Assembly (NCBI GenBank): GCA_964558645.1
Contig: CAZLEV010000002.1
Coordinates: forward strand, 409,450-463,261
DNA from: an uncultured archaeon
GTDB lineage: Archaea; Asgardarchaeota; Thorarchaeia; Thorarchaeales; Thorarchaeaceae
DNA: 53,812 nucleotides
Direction: 5' to 3'
Both the position numbers and the translations under genes were made by a program. The notes under the pieces are model-generated. The model was not told the origin of the DNA. It saw only the letters and a list, made by a program, of their open reading frames with translations, and searched no databases. The stretch's first letter is position 1. Each line of letters starts with the position of its first letter. Shown piece by piece: positions 26,570-36,107 of this stretch.

Positions 26570-28705
26570 TTGATGCCTTTGACTAATAGTATGCCTTCAA
26601 GAAATGAGTTATACAAAGCAGTCAATGATTCAATAGATGATATCGAAGAATTCCTTACTCAACATGACCCTCTAGAAATAATAGCGAGTGTTTCCAAGCA
26701 CATAGCTATATTCAGCATTCAAGACCATATCGAGTCAGAGGATATGTTGTGGCAGCCTTTGATAGAGTATCTAATGAGTCTAGCGTTAGCAAAACCCAAA
26801 CCGGAGAATCCAAAAAAGCTAGAGGAGGGGGTATTCGATTCGCTATTAGAAAACTGGATTCAACTTGTGAAAGAATTCACTGCATACTCTGGTAGCGAAT
26901 ATGTAGCTGCAGGTGGAGGAACAGCAGCTGAAATCAGATTCAAGCTTATTCTTGACTATTTTGGTGTCCGAAAGAAGGCGTATCAGATTCATGTTGAAAA
27001 GACCTTTACTGAGCTGTTTCGACCACACCGGAGTCATATTATTGATAAGCTGGGTTTCTCACCAGAGGACTTTAGCGAATTCATTCGATTTGCAGAAACA
27101 GAAATCACTGTGGCGATTCAGAACGAGTTGGATACACTACACTCACTTAGTGAACTACATTCTCGATTTTCAAAATGGACAAGGAACCAAGATGTAGAGG
27201 GAAAATCCAAGGAAAGTATCATGGATCGTTTTCTTGTACAGAATCCCGACTTAGCGAGTAAGAAGGAGAGAGTAGATGAACTTTCACATGTAGAGATATA
27301 TGATGTATTCGAAATCAAGGCTCAAAACGCACCACAAGAAAAAATCTTGAGTGCGATATCTTGCTCTTTTGGCGAAAACAGCAAATTTCTTGAACCCGAA
27401 GAATGGAGAGCTTGGCCCACAAATGACACAATACTATATGAAAGCCCCATAATACAGGCTGGAGAGAAATACTATCTGCTTAACTACGCAACGCTTGCAA
27501 ATAATAGGATTGAGATAATGGAGAGCCTTCTGGAAAAGCTTTCAAAGGATTATTATCGGACACGATATCTTCCGGGACGTGATCATTATGTAGAGCATAC
27601 AGCAATGAACTTGATTCGGGAATTGCTTCCGAATTCTACTATATTTTCGAATCTGTACTACTACGTCAAAGAAGATGAGATAACAAAACGAGTGGAACAA
27701 GATGGACTGGTACTCTACGATGATTGTTTATTGCTAGTTGAGGCAAAAGCAGGAATGTTACCCATACCAGCTCGAAGGGGCGCAATGCCAGGGCTTAAGA
27801 CGAAAGTAAAGGAGATTCTGAAGAAAGGACACAACCAGGCGTGTCGTGCCTTGGATTATATTCATTCTTCAGCAACAGCTGACTTTTTGGATGAGAATGA
27901 CAACCTCCTTGTTTCCGTAACTGGATCTCGGTACATACACGAGTACTTGATACTGGTTACTCTTGAGCCTCTATTCGTACTGACATCTCATCTGTCCTCA
28001 GCTGAGGAACTTCGCCTGCTGTCAGGAAAGGAATGGCCCTGGGCAGTTTATATCAACGATTTGCGTGTCCTCGCTGATATAATCGATCATCCATGTCTTT
28101 TTCTCCATTATTTGAATCGGCGCATTAAATTGAACTCCAAACCAGCTATTGAAACATATGACGAGCTTGACTACCTCATGACCTATCTTCGGACAGGTCT
28201 ATATTTTGAGGAAAAAGATTTGCAGGAAGCTGACAAAATCATTATTGTACCGGAAACCAGTGAGCTCGATGAATACTATTCTGATCTATCGAAAAGCGGA
28301 GCTGCTAGGAAAAAGCCAAGCATGGGTATGAACCCGATATTTGAAACATTAATTGGGCGTCTTGAAACTGAAGCACCAGACCATTTCACATCAACATGTT
28401 TTCATCTTCTGGATTGCGATGATGAAACGCGTTCCGAAATCGCAAAGCAGATTGAAAATTGTGAACAGAGATTCAAGATAGATAAGGGCCCAACATCTGT
28501 TGCTTTTCGAATCGATAGTAACGGTTTACTTCTGGCGTGCGTTAACAATATTGATGATTGCGATGATTTGGTGAACAACTGGTCAAATAAATGGCTCAAG
28601 CAAATGGATGTAAATCATGTCACTGTCTTCCTATGGACACCCCCAATTCAGGAGGGTTCAATCAGAGTCTTCAAATTCGGAGGAAGCTCATCTTCAGGCG
28701 ATTAG
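26570..28705 (+). CDS. NERD-like/PD-(D/E)XK nuclease-domain protein
   Basis: SNLYY..EQDGLVLYDDCLLLVEAKAG..GHNQACRALDYI; FLHYLNRR..DELDYL; low GC. Confidence 0.65.
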   Translation: MMPLTNSMPSRNELYKAVNDSIDDIEEFLTQHDPLEIIASVSKHIAIFSIQDHIESEDMLWQPLIEYLMSLALAKPKPENPKKLEEGVFDSLLENWIQLVKEFTAYSGSEYVAAGGGTAAEIRFKLILDYFGVRKKAYQIHVEKTFTELFRPHRSHIIDKLGFSPEDFSEFIRFAETEITVAIQNELDTLHSLSELHSRFSKWTRNQDVEGKSKESIMDRFLVQNPDLASKKERVDELSHVEIYDVFEIKAQNAPQEKILSAISCSFGENSKFLEPEEWRAWPTNDTILYESPIIQAGEKYYLLNYATLANNRIEIMESLLEKLSKDYYRTRYLPGRDHYVEHTAMNLIRELLPNSTIFSNLYYYVKEDEITKRVEQDGLVLYDDCLLLVEAKAGMLPIPARRGAMPGLKTKVKEILKKGHNQACRALDYIHSSATADFLDENDNLLVSVTGSRYIHEYLILVTLEPLFVLTSHLSSAEELRLLSGKEWPWAVYINDLRVLADIIDHPCLFLHYLNRRIKLNSKPAIETYDELDYLMTYLRTGLYFEEKDLQEADKIIIVPETSELDEYYSDLSKSGAARKKPSMGMNPIFETLIGRLETEAPDHFTSTCFHLLDCDDETRSEIAKQIENCEQRFKIDKGPTSVAFRIDSNGLLLACVNNIDDCDDLVNNWSNKWLKQMDVNHVTVFLWTPPIQEGSIRVFKFGGSSSSGD

Positions 28706-28848
28706 AAAATAGAGCTATGGTTATTTGGTTTGAAGATACCCACAACGACCTCCAAAGGATGCGGTTGCGTTAGTGTATTGGTTGAATGCGATTCCCGAAA
28801 GGAGAATGATTTAGGTGTAGGGTCAACCAACTATCATCCCTCAGTCTT

Positions 28849-29973
28849 CTAGCCAATATATGATGGCTCACCTTTTAGTTCCCCCCGTTTGCTCTTTCGC
28901 CGTTCCTTCAGACTGCTCAGAAGCTGCCAGATGAAACCTATGACTCCAAGAATGTTAGCAATCACTTCCAGCCACTCCCAAGTAGTCCACTCATCGGGCT
29001 CTGCACCCACAGTAGCCTGCGTTGAAATTGTTGATACAAAAACAAGGATTGTCAACAGAACTAGTCCCTTTGCACCCTTGGGTCTGAACAAGACGACAAC
29101 GACAACAACGGTCAAGCTGGATGCAAATCCAACTAGCGCGATAAGTTGATTAATCGAAATTTGAGACACTTCCTCAGGGGAGGGGTTGCTTATCGCACTC
29201 CACCATCTGTATACCCATGAGTTACCAACTTCGTCAACCACAAACACTTCGATTTCACACGGTCCGTTATCTAGGGATGTTGAATCCCAAGTGAATGAAG
29301 TTGAGTAATCTCGTCGGTTGGGCGTATCACGGAAAATCTCTGAACCGTTAGCGTATACTCTGAGTACACTGATGTCACAATGGAGGTCGGTTGCGCGGGG
29401 ATGGAAGGTGATTGAGCCATTGAGAACATCCGGAACGTTCATCTCAACCATTGGCGGACTCAGGTCTTCACAGATGTAGTAACTCACGTGTCTGTCATAC
29501 TCCCAGAAGTAATATCCGAATGCAGATATGACAACGTACCATTGGTCAACATCGTCGCCCTGCAGTGTGTCTCCAAGAGTTACTTCCCATTCATGGCTAT
29601 ACACGCCTGACATGAGAGTATGATATCGACTTGGAGAACCATCATCCAAATACTCTCCCAAACCTTGCTGGTCCGTAATCATGAATGCAACAGGACGATC
29701 AGAGGTGAAGTTTCCATACAAACACATACCGTCGGAATCTGCTGAGAACGACTCGAAAAAGAGAGAATCATCGATATCAACCAACTGGTCCGTAGCAATA
29801 AGAGTCCTATTCACTTGGTGAGAAACGTAATCAAAAGCACCAATTGGAGGTGGATTGACAGGGGGATCACCAGGCGGTATGTAGTTCAGCTGGGGATGAA
29901 TGTATGCAATGAATAGAGCAAAGCCCGCTGCAACTGCTATGGCTAATACAACTAGGTTTTTTCCGTATTTCAT
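28849..29973 (-). CDS. Membrane-anchored extracellular protein with Ig-like domain
   Basis: N-terminal TM; DLSPP..WDSTSLDNG..VVDEVGN Ig-like repeat; three C-terminal TMs. Confidence 0.65.
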   Translation of the reverse strand: MKYGKNLVVLAIAVAAGFALFIAYIHPQLNYIPPGDPPVNPPPIGAFDYVSHQVNRTLIATDQLVDIDDSLFFESFSADSDGMCLYGNFTSDRPVAFMITDQQGLGEYLDDGSPSRYHTLMSGVYSHEWEVTLGDTLQGDDVDQWYVVISAFGYYFWEYDRHVSYYICEDLSPPMVEMNVPDVLNGSITFHPRATDLHCDISVLRVYANGSEIFRDTPNRRDYSTSFTWDSTSLDNGPCEIEVFVVDEVGNSWVYRWWSAISNPSPEEVSQISINQLIALVGFASSLTVVVVVVLFRPKGAKGLVLLTILVFVSTISTQATVGAEPDEWTTWEWLEVIANILGVIGFIWQLLSSLKERRKSKRGELKGEPSYIG

Positions 29974-30176
29974 GCAACTCATCTCATCTCTTTCTGTTAT
30001 TTCCCCATTCTCCACAATCGCCAATAATTAAGCGATTGAATATACTTGCACTTCCCTTTTATTTGTTCCATATGAATTTCGAAGAATGCATTACCAGACA
30101 CTCTACAAGAATAACGAAGCTATGTGTGGTGGAAGTAGAATTCGTTTCTAGAGTGTCTTAGTGAGAAATGAGAAAT

Positions 30177-30352
30177 AACCCCTAGACAACGGCCGCGGAA
30201 GTCTAACGAGGATCATCAGTGGAAGGAGCGAATCATGTCGATTCGGCCCCTTTCTAGCATGCGCCTCTGGGGTCAAGAGTGGCTAGAATGCGGTTTTAAG
30301 CATATTGCTAGAGTGAGCCCTCAGGATGCTATCAGTGGAAGGCATGGGTCCT
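30177..30352 (-). repeat. 5' 20 nt of tRNA-Gly(TCC) plus diverged copy of its upstream region
   Basis: 30177-30196 identical to 23505-23524; similarity continues (GCCTCTGG.GTCAAG, TTTAAGC.TATTGCTAGAGTGA) to about 30352 versus 23680. Confidence 0.88.
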
Positions 30353-30575
30353 TTGTTGGATGACATATAGCGAAACCGAAGACAGACAAATCAGTAAGCG
30401 TATTGCAGTGGCGCCGCGAGTTGACAGTCCGGGGAGTGGAAGGTGGATCCTTGCCTGCGAGGTCCGCCTCTCCTTCAGGCCATGCGGCTGGTCGAAGTGA
30501 TAGAATGACCGGTTCATCTCGAACAGAACAACAGATATCTGGAGGAGAAGCAGACAGGAGTAGCGCGCTGAGTGC

Positions 30576-30659
30576 AGGCACACGTATCGAATCGAGAGAT
30601 GATGGAGATGGGAAGAGTATTCGAGTCTGACGAGTTGGCAGATGCCGACCTGCTTGTGG
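30576..30659 (+). repeat. 84-bp direct repeat, copy 1 (N-terminal relic of an AspBHI-like restriction endonuclease gene)
   Basis: 79/84 identical to 32929-33012; reads MGRVFESDELADADLLVDAIYRGG. Confidence 0.75.
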
Positions 30660-30785
30660 ATGCCATCTACAGGGGCGGCACGGCGATGAGCCTCTAGGAC
30701 CTGATGGCGAGGGTATCGTTCGGGGCATTGCGGGTGGCCAGTTGTTCTCACACCCAGCGAGTAGATTAGAAATACTTTTTAGAGA

Positions 30786-31769
30786 ATGGTCCTATCTATT
30801 TTTGGGGTTGTTCGAAAATTGAGACTGGAACGGTCCAAAATAGGAGCCGTAGTGCTGACCATCTTGATCCTCTCAGCCGCATTGTCTGGGGTCACGATGG
30901 CCACCCACAACGACTCGGTGATGGCCGAAGGCAGTGACGAGATAGTCGCAACGAGGGACGAACTGACTGGTGAATTGCAGGAAGGGGCACACCTCGTGAT
31001 GGAGATAGGAGAGCTCACGCTCACCATGTGTGTCATAGAACCTCGTGGTCACCTGCTTGTGATATATGAGACAGCTCGGCAGAGGACGACGCTTGAGTTC
31101 ATGGTGGCGGAGGAGAGGGAGGGCTACGACACGAGAACCTTTGTCAATGGGGAGCTCGTTCACCAAGACATCCTTGATGGGAACCTGCTTGAGCCCATAT
31201 CGATTGCTAGCCCAGATGGCGTGAAGCAGACTGCCTCAGAGGGAGGTGTCTCGCCTCTATCACCGCAGTACACCTACAGCTGGTGGGATGGCGTGAGAAT
31301 GGTCACGGGACCATCATACCTGATCAAGTACCATCATCCGGATAGAGACTATTATCAGATTGCTACCTGGAATGACTGGCAGAAAAGGAGTTACCAGACG
31401 TTTCATAATCAGATGAACGAGTACATCTCTGCGAGCTTGATAATCGGCGGATGGGGAGCAGTCTTTGCAGCGATAGCTGCTGTCATAACTCACAGTTGGA
31501 CTCCATGGGCAACTGGTGCCGCGGCTCTGGTTGCGTGGCTATTTGGAGTAGTATTCGAATACACGACAGGTTATTACCTGGGAGATGAAGAAGGATGTAT
31601 CTGGTGGTGGTGGGGCGTCTTCTATAATGATTGGTTACTCGCCAATGTATGGTGGCTAGTTACGAACCCTCTAGGTTGGGGTGCAGCACTGGGAGCATTT
31701 GCGAAGACGGGTTATATTAAGATAGGAGCTGCTCCACCGGTCGATTCAATGGGAATCGGAAGTCCATAG
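30786..31769 (+). CDS. Secreted archaeocin/bacteriocin-like protein
   Basis: Signal peptide, acidic pro-region, then a Trp/Tyr-rich C-terminal domain with a Gly/Ala hydrophobic hairpin and DEEGCIWWWW. Confidence 0.5.
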   Translation: MVLSIFGVVRKLRLERSKIGAVVLTILILSAALSGVTMATHNDSVMAEGSDEIVATRDELTGELQEGAHLVMEIGELTLTMCVIEPRGHLLVIYETARQRTTLEFMVAEEREGYDTRTFVNGELVHQDILDGNLLEPISIASPDGVKQTASEGGVSPLSPQYTYSWWDGVRMVTGPSYLIKYHHPDRDYYQIATWNDWQKRSYQTFHNQMNEYISASLIIGGWGAVFAAIAAVITHSWTPWATGAAALVAWLFGVVFEYTTGYYLGDEEGCIWWWWGVFYNDWLLANVWWLVTNPLGWGAALGAFAKTGYIKIGAAPPVDSMGIGSP

Positions 31770-31786
31770 AACAGGAGGAAGAAACA

Positions 31787-32212
31787 ATAGTTATCACAGA
31801 CAGGACCACGAATATCATCGGAGGGGTCTTGGTGTTGGGTGCCGTTGTAGTTCAGATCTGGATAATGCTCCAGACGCCCTTCAGTGCAGACAGAGACTTA
31901 GTAATCCTTTTCGGCCGTGTTAGTTATCCCATGCTTATGGTTGGGAGCATACTACTAGCCCATGTAAACGCCAAGTGGCTGTTCTCGCTCTATCACAGAG
32001 CCAACTTTGTGCTTGCGCTAATCGGACTTGGAAATTTCATCTTGGCGCTTGTCTTTGGAGGATACGTCGTAGAGCTAGTATATCCACATACCTGGGTTGT
32101 GTCAATCTGGGCACTGGATTCAGGCTGGCTCTTTCCGCTTGCACTTCTCACCAAACCCTTCTACGAAAAACGTATGAAAGATGAACAGACCTCCCCAGCA
32201 TCTTCCAAATGA
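31787..32212 (+). CDS. 4-TM membrane protein, immunity-like paralogue 1 (probable ATA start)
   Basis: Aligns end to end with 32366-32788 (ILLA..NA..LF..YHR.N, LVYP.T, FYE.RM); AGGAGG 8 nt upstream of ATA 31787. Confidence 0.65.
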   Translation: MVITDRTTNIIGGVLVLGAVVVQIWIMLQTPFSADRDLVILFGRVSYPMLMVGSILLAHVNAKWLFSLYHRANFVLALIGLGNFILALVFGGYVVELVYPHTWVVSIWALDSGWLFPLALLTKPFYEKRMKDEQTSPASSK

Positions 32213-32365
32213 ACAGGTGTGGTTAGCCACAAACCCACTCGGATGGGGTGAAACCATAGTGGCTCTCCTTGCCATAGGTTACCTACGGGTGGCAACTCAG
32301 ACACCCCTCGAGTCGCTTGGTATCGGAAACCCATGAAACAAGACAAAAGAAGGAGGAGATCGCTG

Positions 32366-32788
32366 ATGAACATTTCAGATAGATTCCTGAATGCAATTGG
32401 GGCGTTCATGGTGTTAGTAGGGGCTGTAATTCAGACTTGGGCGGCCGCCTTACAGACACACCCTAGCGTGAGAGTCTTTGAACTGGCATTTGCTGGCAGC
32501 CTGTTCCTATATCCTGGCACAATACTGCTCGCATATGCAAATGCCAGACAGCTATTCGCCATCTATCATAGGATAAACTACGTGATTGCATTTGTTGGTC
32601 TTGCCAGTTTTAGCATATTCGTGTTCAATCCGGGTGACTTACTCTACAACCTTGTCTATCCACGAACGGTCATCCTCGGGATTCTGATGGGCTTTTCATT
32701 GTGGATGTTTTTCCTCGGATTAATGACCCAGCGCTTCTACGAACAGCGAATGAGAGCTGGTACAAATTCCGTAGTATCTTCCAACTGA
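32366..32788 (+). CDS. 4-TM membrane protein, immunity-like paralogue 2
   Basis: Paralogue of the preceding gene; AGGAGGAG upstream of ATG 32366. Confidence 0.7.
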   Translation: MNISDRFLNAIGAFMVLVGAVIQTWAAALQTHPSVRVFELAFAGSLFLYPGTILLAYANARQLFAIYHRINYVIAFVGLASFSIFVFNPGDLLYNLVYPRTVILGILMGFSLWMFFLGLMTQRFYEQRMRAGTNSVVSSN

Positions 32789-32928
32789 AGATTGCAGGCA
32801 GGTCCCTCGAAGTCGGGCGGAAGGGGCTGCTGTCCTCTGTTGCAGGAAGACTCAGGAGCTGTGCAATTGGGTGTCCGCTGAGAATCGCGACCATAGAAAC
32901 AGAGTCTGCGCAGGATGATGACCTTTAA

Positions 32929-33012
32929 AGGCGCATGTATCGAATCGAGAGATGATGGAGATGGGAGGAGTATTCGAGTCTGACGGGTTGGCGGATGCCG
33001 ACCTGCTTGTGG
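32929..33012 (+). repeat. 84-bp direct repeat, copy 2
   Basis: 79/84 identical to 30576-30659. Confidence 0.85.
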
Positions 33013-33128
33013 CTGAATCTGGCCTTCCAAACGTGACAGAGAACCGCCACTAGGAAGATTGAATATCTGGAGCAGGACACTGTTAGAGTGAGAACCGGTC
33101 CGGTAGAGGACACAGCGGAGAGTGGAAC

Positions 33129-33653
33129 ATGGTCAACATAGATGTCCCTTATGTGCCTCAGAAGGGGAGCACAGACTGCGTGATTGCGTGTACCATGATG
33201 TTGCTGCGGTGGGGAAAAGACACATATGATGACTTTGTGGAGTTCAAATACGGTGAGCTCGAGACAATCATAGGGGTTGGAAAGGACGGGTCACGCCTGT
33301 GTGACGTTCAGAAGCTGAACCATGAAAAGCGGATAACAAGACACCGATGGAAACCTCGGTTCCACTGTGGGCCGGCCACTTCCATACAATCCCTATGGGA
33401 TGAACTGCAGGACGGACGACCGTTGATAGCATTCCTACTGGTCAAGAAGCCAGATGGGAGGATGAAGCATGCAGTCGTTCTCACAGGCCACTCAAGAGAT
33501 AAAACTGAAGTCACGTATCTGGATCCGTTGAATGAGAGCCCTGTGACGGAAACAACTGGCGCCTTCCTAGAGAAGTGGGAGAGCCTCTACCGATATTGTG
33601 TACATGTAGATATCACCGAAGAATATGTATTGACTGACTTCATGGAGGAATAA
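33129..33653 (+). CDS. Peptidase C39-like cysteine protease
   Basis: VPYVPQ..DCVIAC..HAVVLTG..YLDP (Q-C-H-D). Confidence 0.85.
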   Translation: MVNIDVPYVPQKGSTDCVIACTMMLLRWGKDTYDDFVEFKYGELETIIGVGKDGSRLCDVQKLNHEKRITRHRWKPRFHCGPATSIQSLWDELQDGRPLIAFLLVKKPDGRMKHAVVLTGHSRDKTEVTYLDPLNESPVTETTGAFLEKWESLYRYCVHVDITEEYVLTDFMEE

Positions 33654-33658
33654 CGAAG

Positions 33659-34600
33659 ATGAGTATAGAACGCGCTGTGGATGACTATGTCATGCGAAAC
33701 TATGGGCATCTCGTCCTAAATACAACTCCAGAGTTTGACGAAGAGTCGGGTTTATGGATATCCAGACTTCACTCGGACTACCCTATTCTCATCCAGGACG
33801 ACCGAGAGAAGAAGAGAAGAATTCAGTTCCTGAAGGTCAATGTTCTGGGGTATGTTACGTTCACTGAAAAGCTACAGCTGGTGCCAGAGAAGACCACCAC
33901 CGAAGAGGACCTTGAAGGGAAGTTGACAACCTTTCTGGATATGTGGAGGTCGTATGCAGAGAGAGTTGTCATATCGGCAACTGCTGATCGTGTTGCGGGG
34001 CTATGGGAAGTGTCCAGCGCACTGAATCCAATCTACGAGATTGTGAACTTCGTCTGGGACAATGAGTACGTGACCCTAGACTACTTCGAGGGAGATAGGT
34101 CAAGAAGCAAGAGCAAGATAAAGCACTACCTTTCATTGTTGGAAGATCTGAACCTCCTTCGGAACTATGAGGGTCGATACGTTGCTGGGAATCTCTTCGT
34201 GACTCTGAGAGAGCAGACGGATTACTTCCAAGATTTTCTGACCAGCGTGTATTCGGAAGTATTGCGTAAGAGATATCCGTATCTGAAACAGGTGGTGGGT
34301 CATAGCAGTCTTGAGACCGTCATTCATATCGGAAACGTGGTATACTATCCAGAACTGTACGCTCGAGAAGCAGTTCCTCGAAACAAGAGTACACTTATCG
34401 ATGAATACGCGCTCGAGTATGGATCCCGTATATCAGCACCGAGATTGAGCGGCTATCTTCGTAAGTTGAGAGAGATTGACGTCATTGACGAAGAGAACGG
34501 ACTGTACTCTGGTACGGATTCACTACGGGAGAAGATGTTCTCTATCCAGAAAGAGATAGAGTCACCGGATCAGGTCTGGGACGTTCCCTGTCCCGTGTGA
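33659..34600 (+). CDS. Hypothetical protein with winged-helix-like repeats
   Basis: 313 aa, 5 nt after the C39 gene; YLSLLEDLNLL..G and YLRKLREIDVI..G. Confidence 0.6.
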   Translation: MSIERAVDDYVMRNYGHLVLNTTPEFDEESGLWISRLHSDYPILIQDDREKKRRIQFLKVNVLGYVTFTEKLQLVPEKTTTEEDLEGKLTTFLDMWRSYAERVVISATADRVAGLWEVSSALNPIYEIVNFVWDNEYVTLDYFEGDRSRSKSKIKHYLSLLEDLNLLRNYEGRYVAGNLFVTLREQTDYFQDFLTSVYSEVLRKRYPYLKQVVGHSSLETVIHIGNVVYYPELYAREAVPRNKSTLIDEYALEYGSRISAPRLSGYLRKLREIDVIDEENGLYSGTDSLREKMFSIQKEIESPDQVWDVPCPV

Positions 34601-34745
34601 AGAAAGGACACGATTCTGGTACTGCGGACAACTACCGATGCCTACAATCATCTGTGTTCCTCGTTGACGATTGACTCTCTGTACCATTCGGAAAACGATA
34701 TCCTTTTTGGGTTGTACGGGTAACATCCAACTGGTGTGACGAGAT

Positions 34746-35448
34746 ATGCGTGGGGAGTCTCATCTTATGGTATCCATCTTGATTGTGTTGCCCACCTGGA
34801 TGGCACTGTACAAGCTGCTGCGGGTGGATGTCGTCTTCCTCGTCTACATCCTTGGGGGAGTCATGCTAGGCAGTCTGCTGCCTGACGTCGATGCATCCGA
34901 TGCAAAGATCATGCACGGCTCGTGGAGGGTCATCGGCCTGTTTGGGAAGTAATGCGTTCTACAGGCCCATGAGCTACCTGCTCCAGATGAAGAGTGACGA
35001 CTTCCGTGACACACACAGGGGCTATCTGCATTCGCTGATCGGGTGTGTTCTTGCCACAGTCTATTTTGCCATTCCGGTTGCCATCTTGTTCGTGCTGTTC
35101 TATCTTGTGTGGGCAGTACCTCTGGGTCAGTCCATGTTTCTCTGGTTTGCGTGGCTAGGGATTCCTGTTGGGTTTCTCCTCCATCTCGTAGAGGATAGTT
35201 TCACCAAGTCCGGCGTTAGATGGTTCTTCCCAAGGGGAAAAGCGTACTCGAGTTCGACTAGTACAGGGAAGGCCTCCGAGCGGAGTCTTGTGTCCGCTTT
35301 CTTCCTGGCCTTCGGCCTGCTCACCGTCTGGGCATACATGCAGACGGGCTCATCAATCAATGTCCTCATCGCAGCAACGCTGTCACTGATTCTGTTGGGG
35401 GTTGTTCGTTTCTTGAATCCACTTATCAGCAGGTTGAGTGGTGGGTAA
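34746..35448 (+). pseudogene. Membrane metal-dependent hydrolase (YdjM-like), frameshifted
   Basis: MRGESH, GSLLPDVD, HRGYLHSL, HLVEDSFTKSGV; one extra A at about 34951 (AAG TAA T GCG) splits the frame. Confidence 0.75.
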
Positions 35449-35511
35449 AGAGATGTGAGTCTGAGAACGAATGGGCTCATCAGCAAATCCCTGCTTCAAT
35501 CAAGAACAGAC

Positions 35512-35847
35512 TCATTCCTCGGTAGTCACAGGACGCTCCTCAGCGTGCGACTGAGAGAGCCGATATCCCCATCGAGCCGCCAGGTAGGCTATCACAAGAA
35601 CGAATGGAAATATCGTGGGATACAGCAGCGTGATGGGCGAGATGCCAAGCGCAGCGTAGACCCCAACCAAGATCAGAGTCCATGTCACGACTGCTAGGAA
35701 CTGGACAGGCCGCTCAGGGAGCCTTACAGACAGCTTACCAACGGAAAACCCAATGATGAGTGCTGCCATCCCTCCAACCAGCAGAGACATCACCAACACC
35801 ACGCCTCCGACCAGTGTCGAGATAGCCAGCACGCCATTCATGGCCAT
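35512..35847 (-). CDS. Small membrane protein
   Basis: 111 aa with 3-4 hydrophobic helices. Confidence 0.6.
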   Translation of the reverse strand: MAMNGVLAISTLVGGVVLVMSLLVGGMAALIIGFSVGKLSVRLPERPVQFLAVVTWTLILVGVYAALGISPITLLYPTIFPFVLVIAYLAARWGYRLSQSHAEERPVTTEE

Positions 35848-36107
35848 CGTTCATCCTCGTTCATACACTTCGTTTCATGAGGACATAGGTGTGATGTGAG
35901 AATACTCGACCAAAGAAGAACCGAGTCTAAGTGATGCTGGATTAGAGTCTGGGAATGACTTTGGGCGGAGGTAGCAGTACTTGGAACACGTGTTCCAACA
36001 TCATGCAGTACATAGGCCAACTCATAAAAGTGTACAAAACGATTGTTAATACTAACCTGTGGTGAGCCTTGATGAGGCTTCCCAGGCACCCAGATACGAA
36101 GTAGATA

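Noticed and set aside
16736-30196. Trans-spliced split tRNA-Gly from the 5' and 3' fragments
   Set aside because: The fragments leave a gap (about positions 21-29), no complementary leader sequences were seen, and an intact gene exists.
34940-34960. Programmed frameshift in the YdjM-like gene
   Set aside because: No slippery sequence; a single extra base is more likely a mutation or sequencing error.
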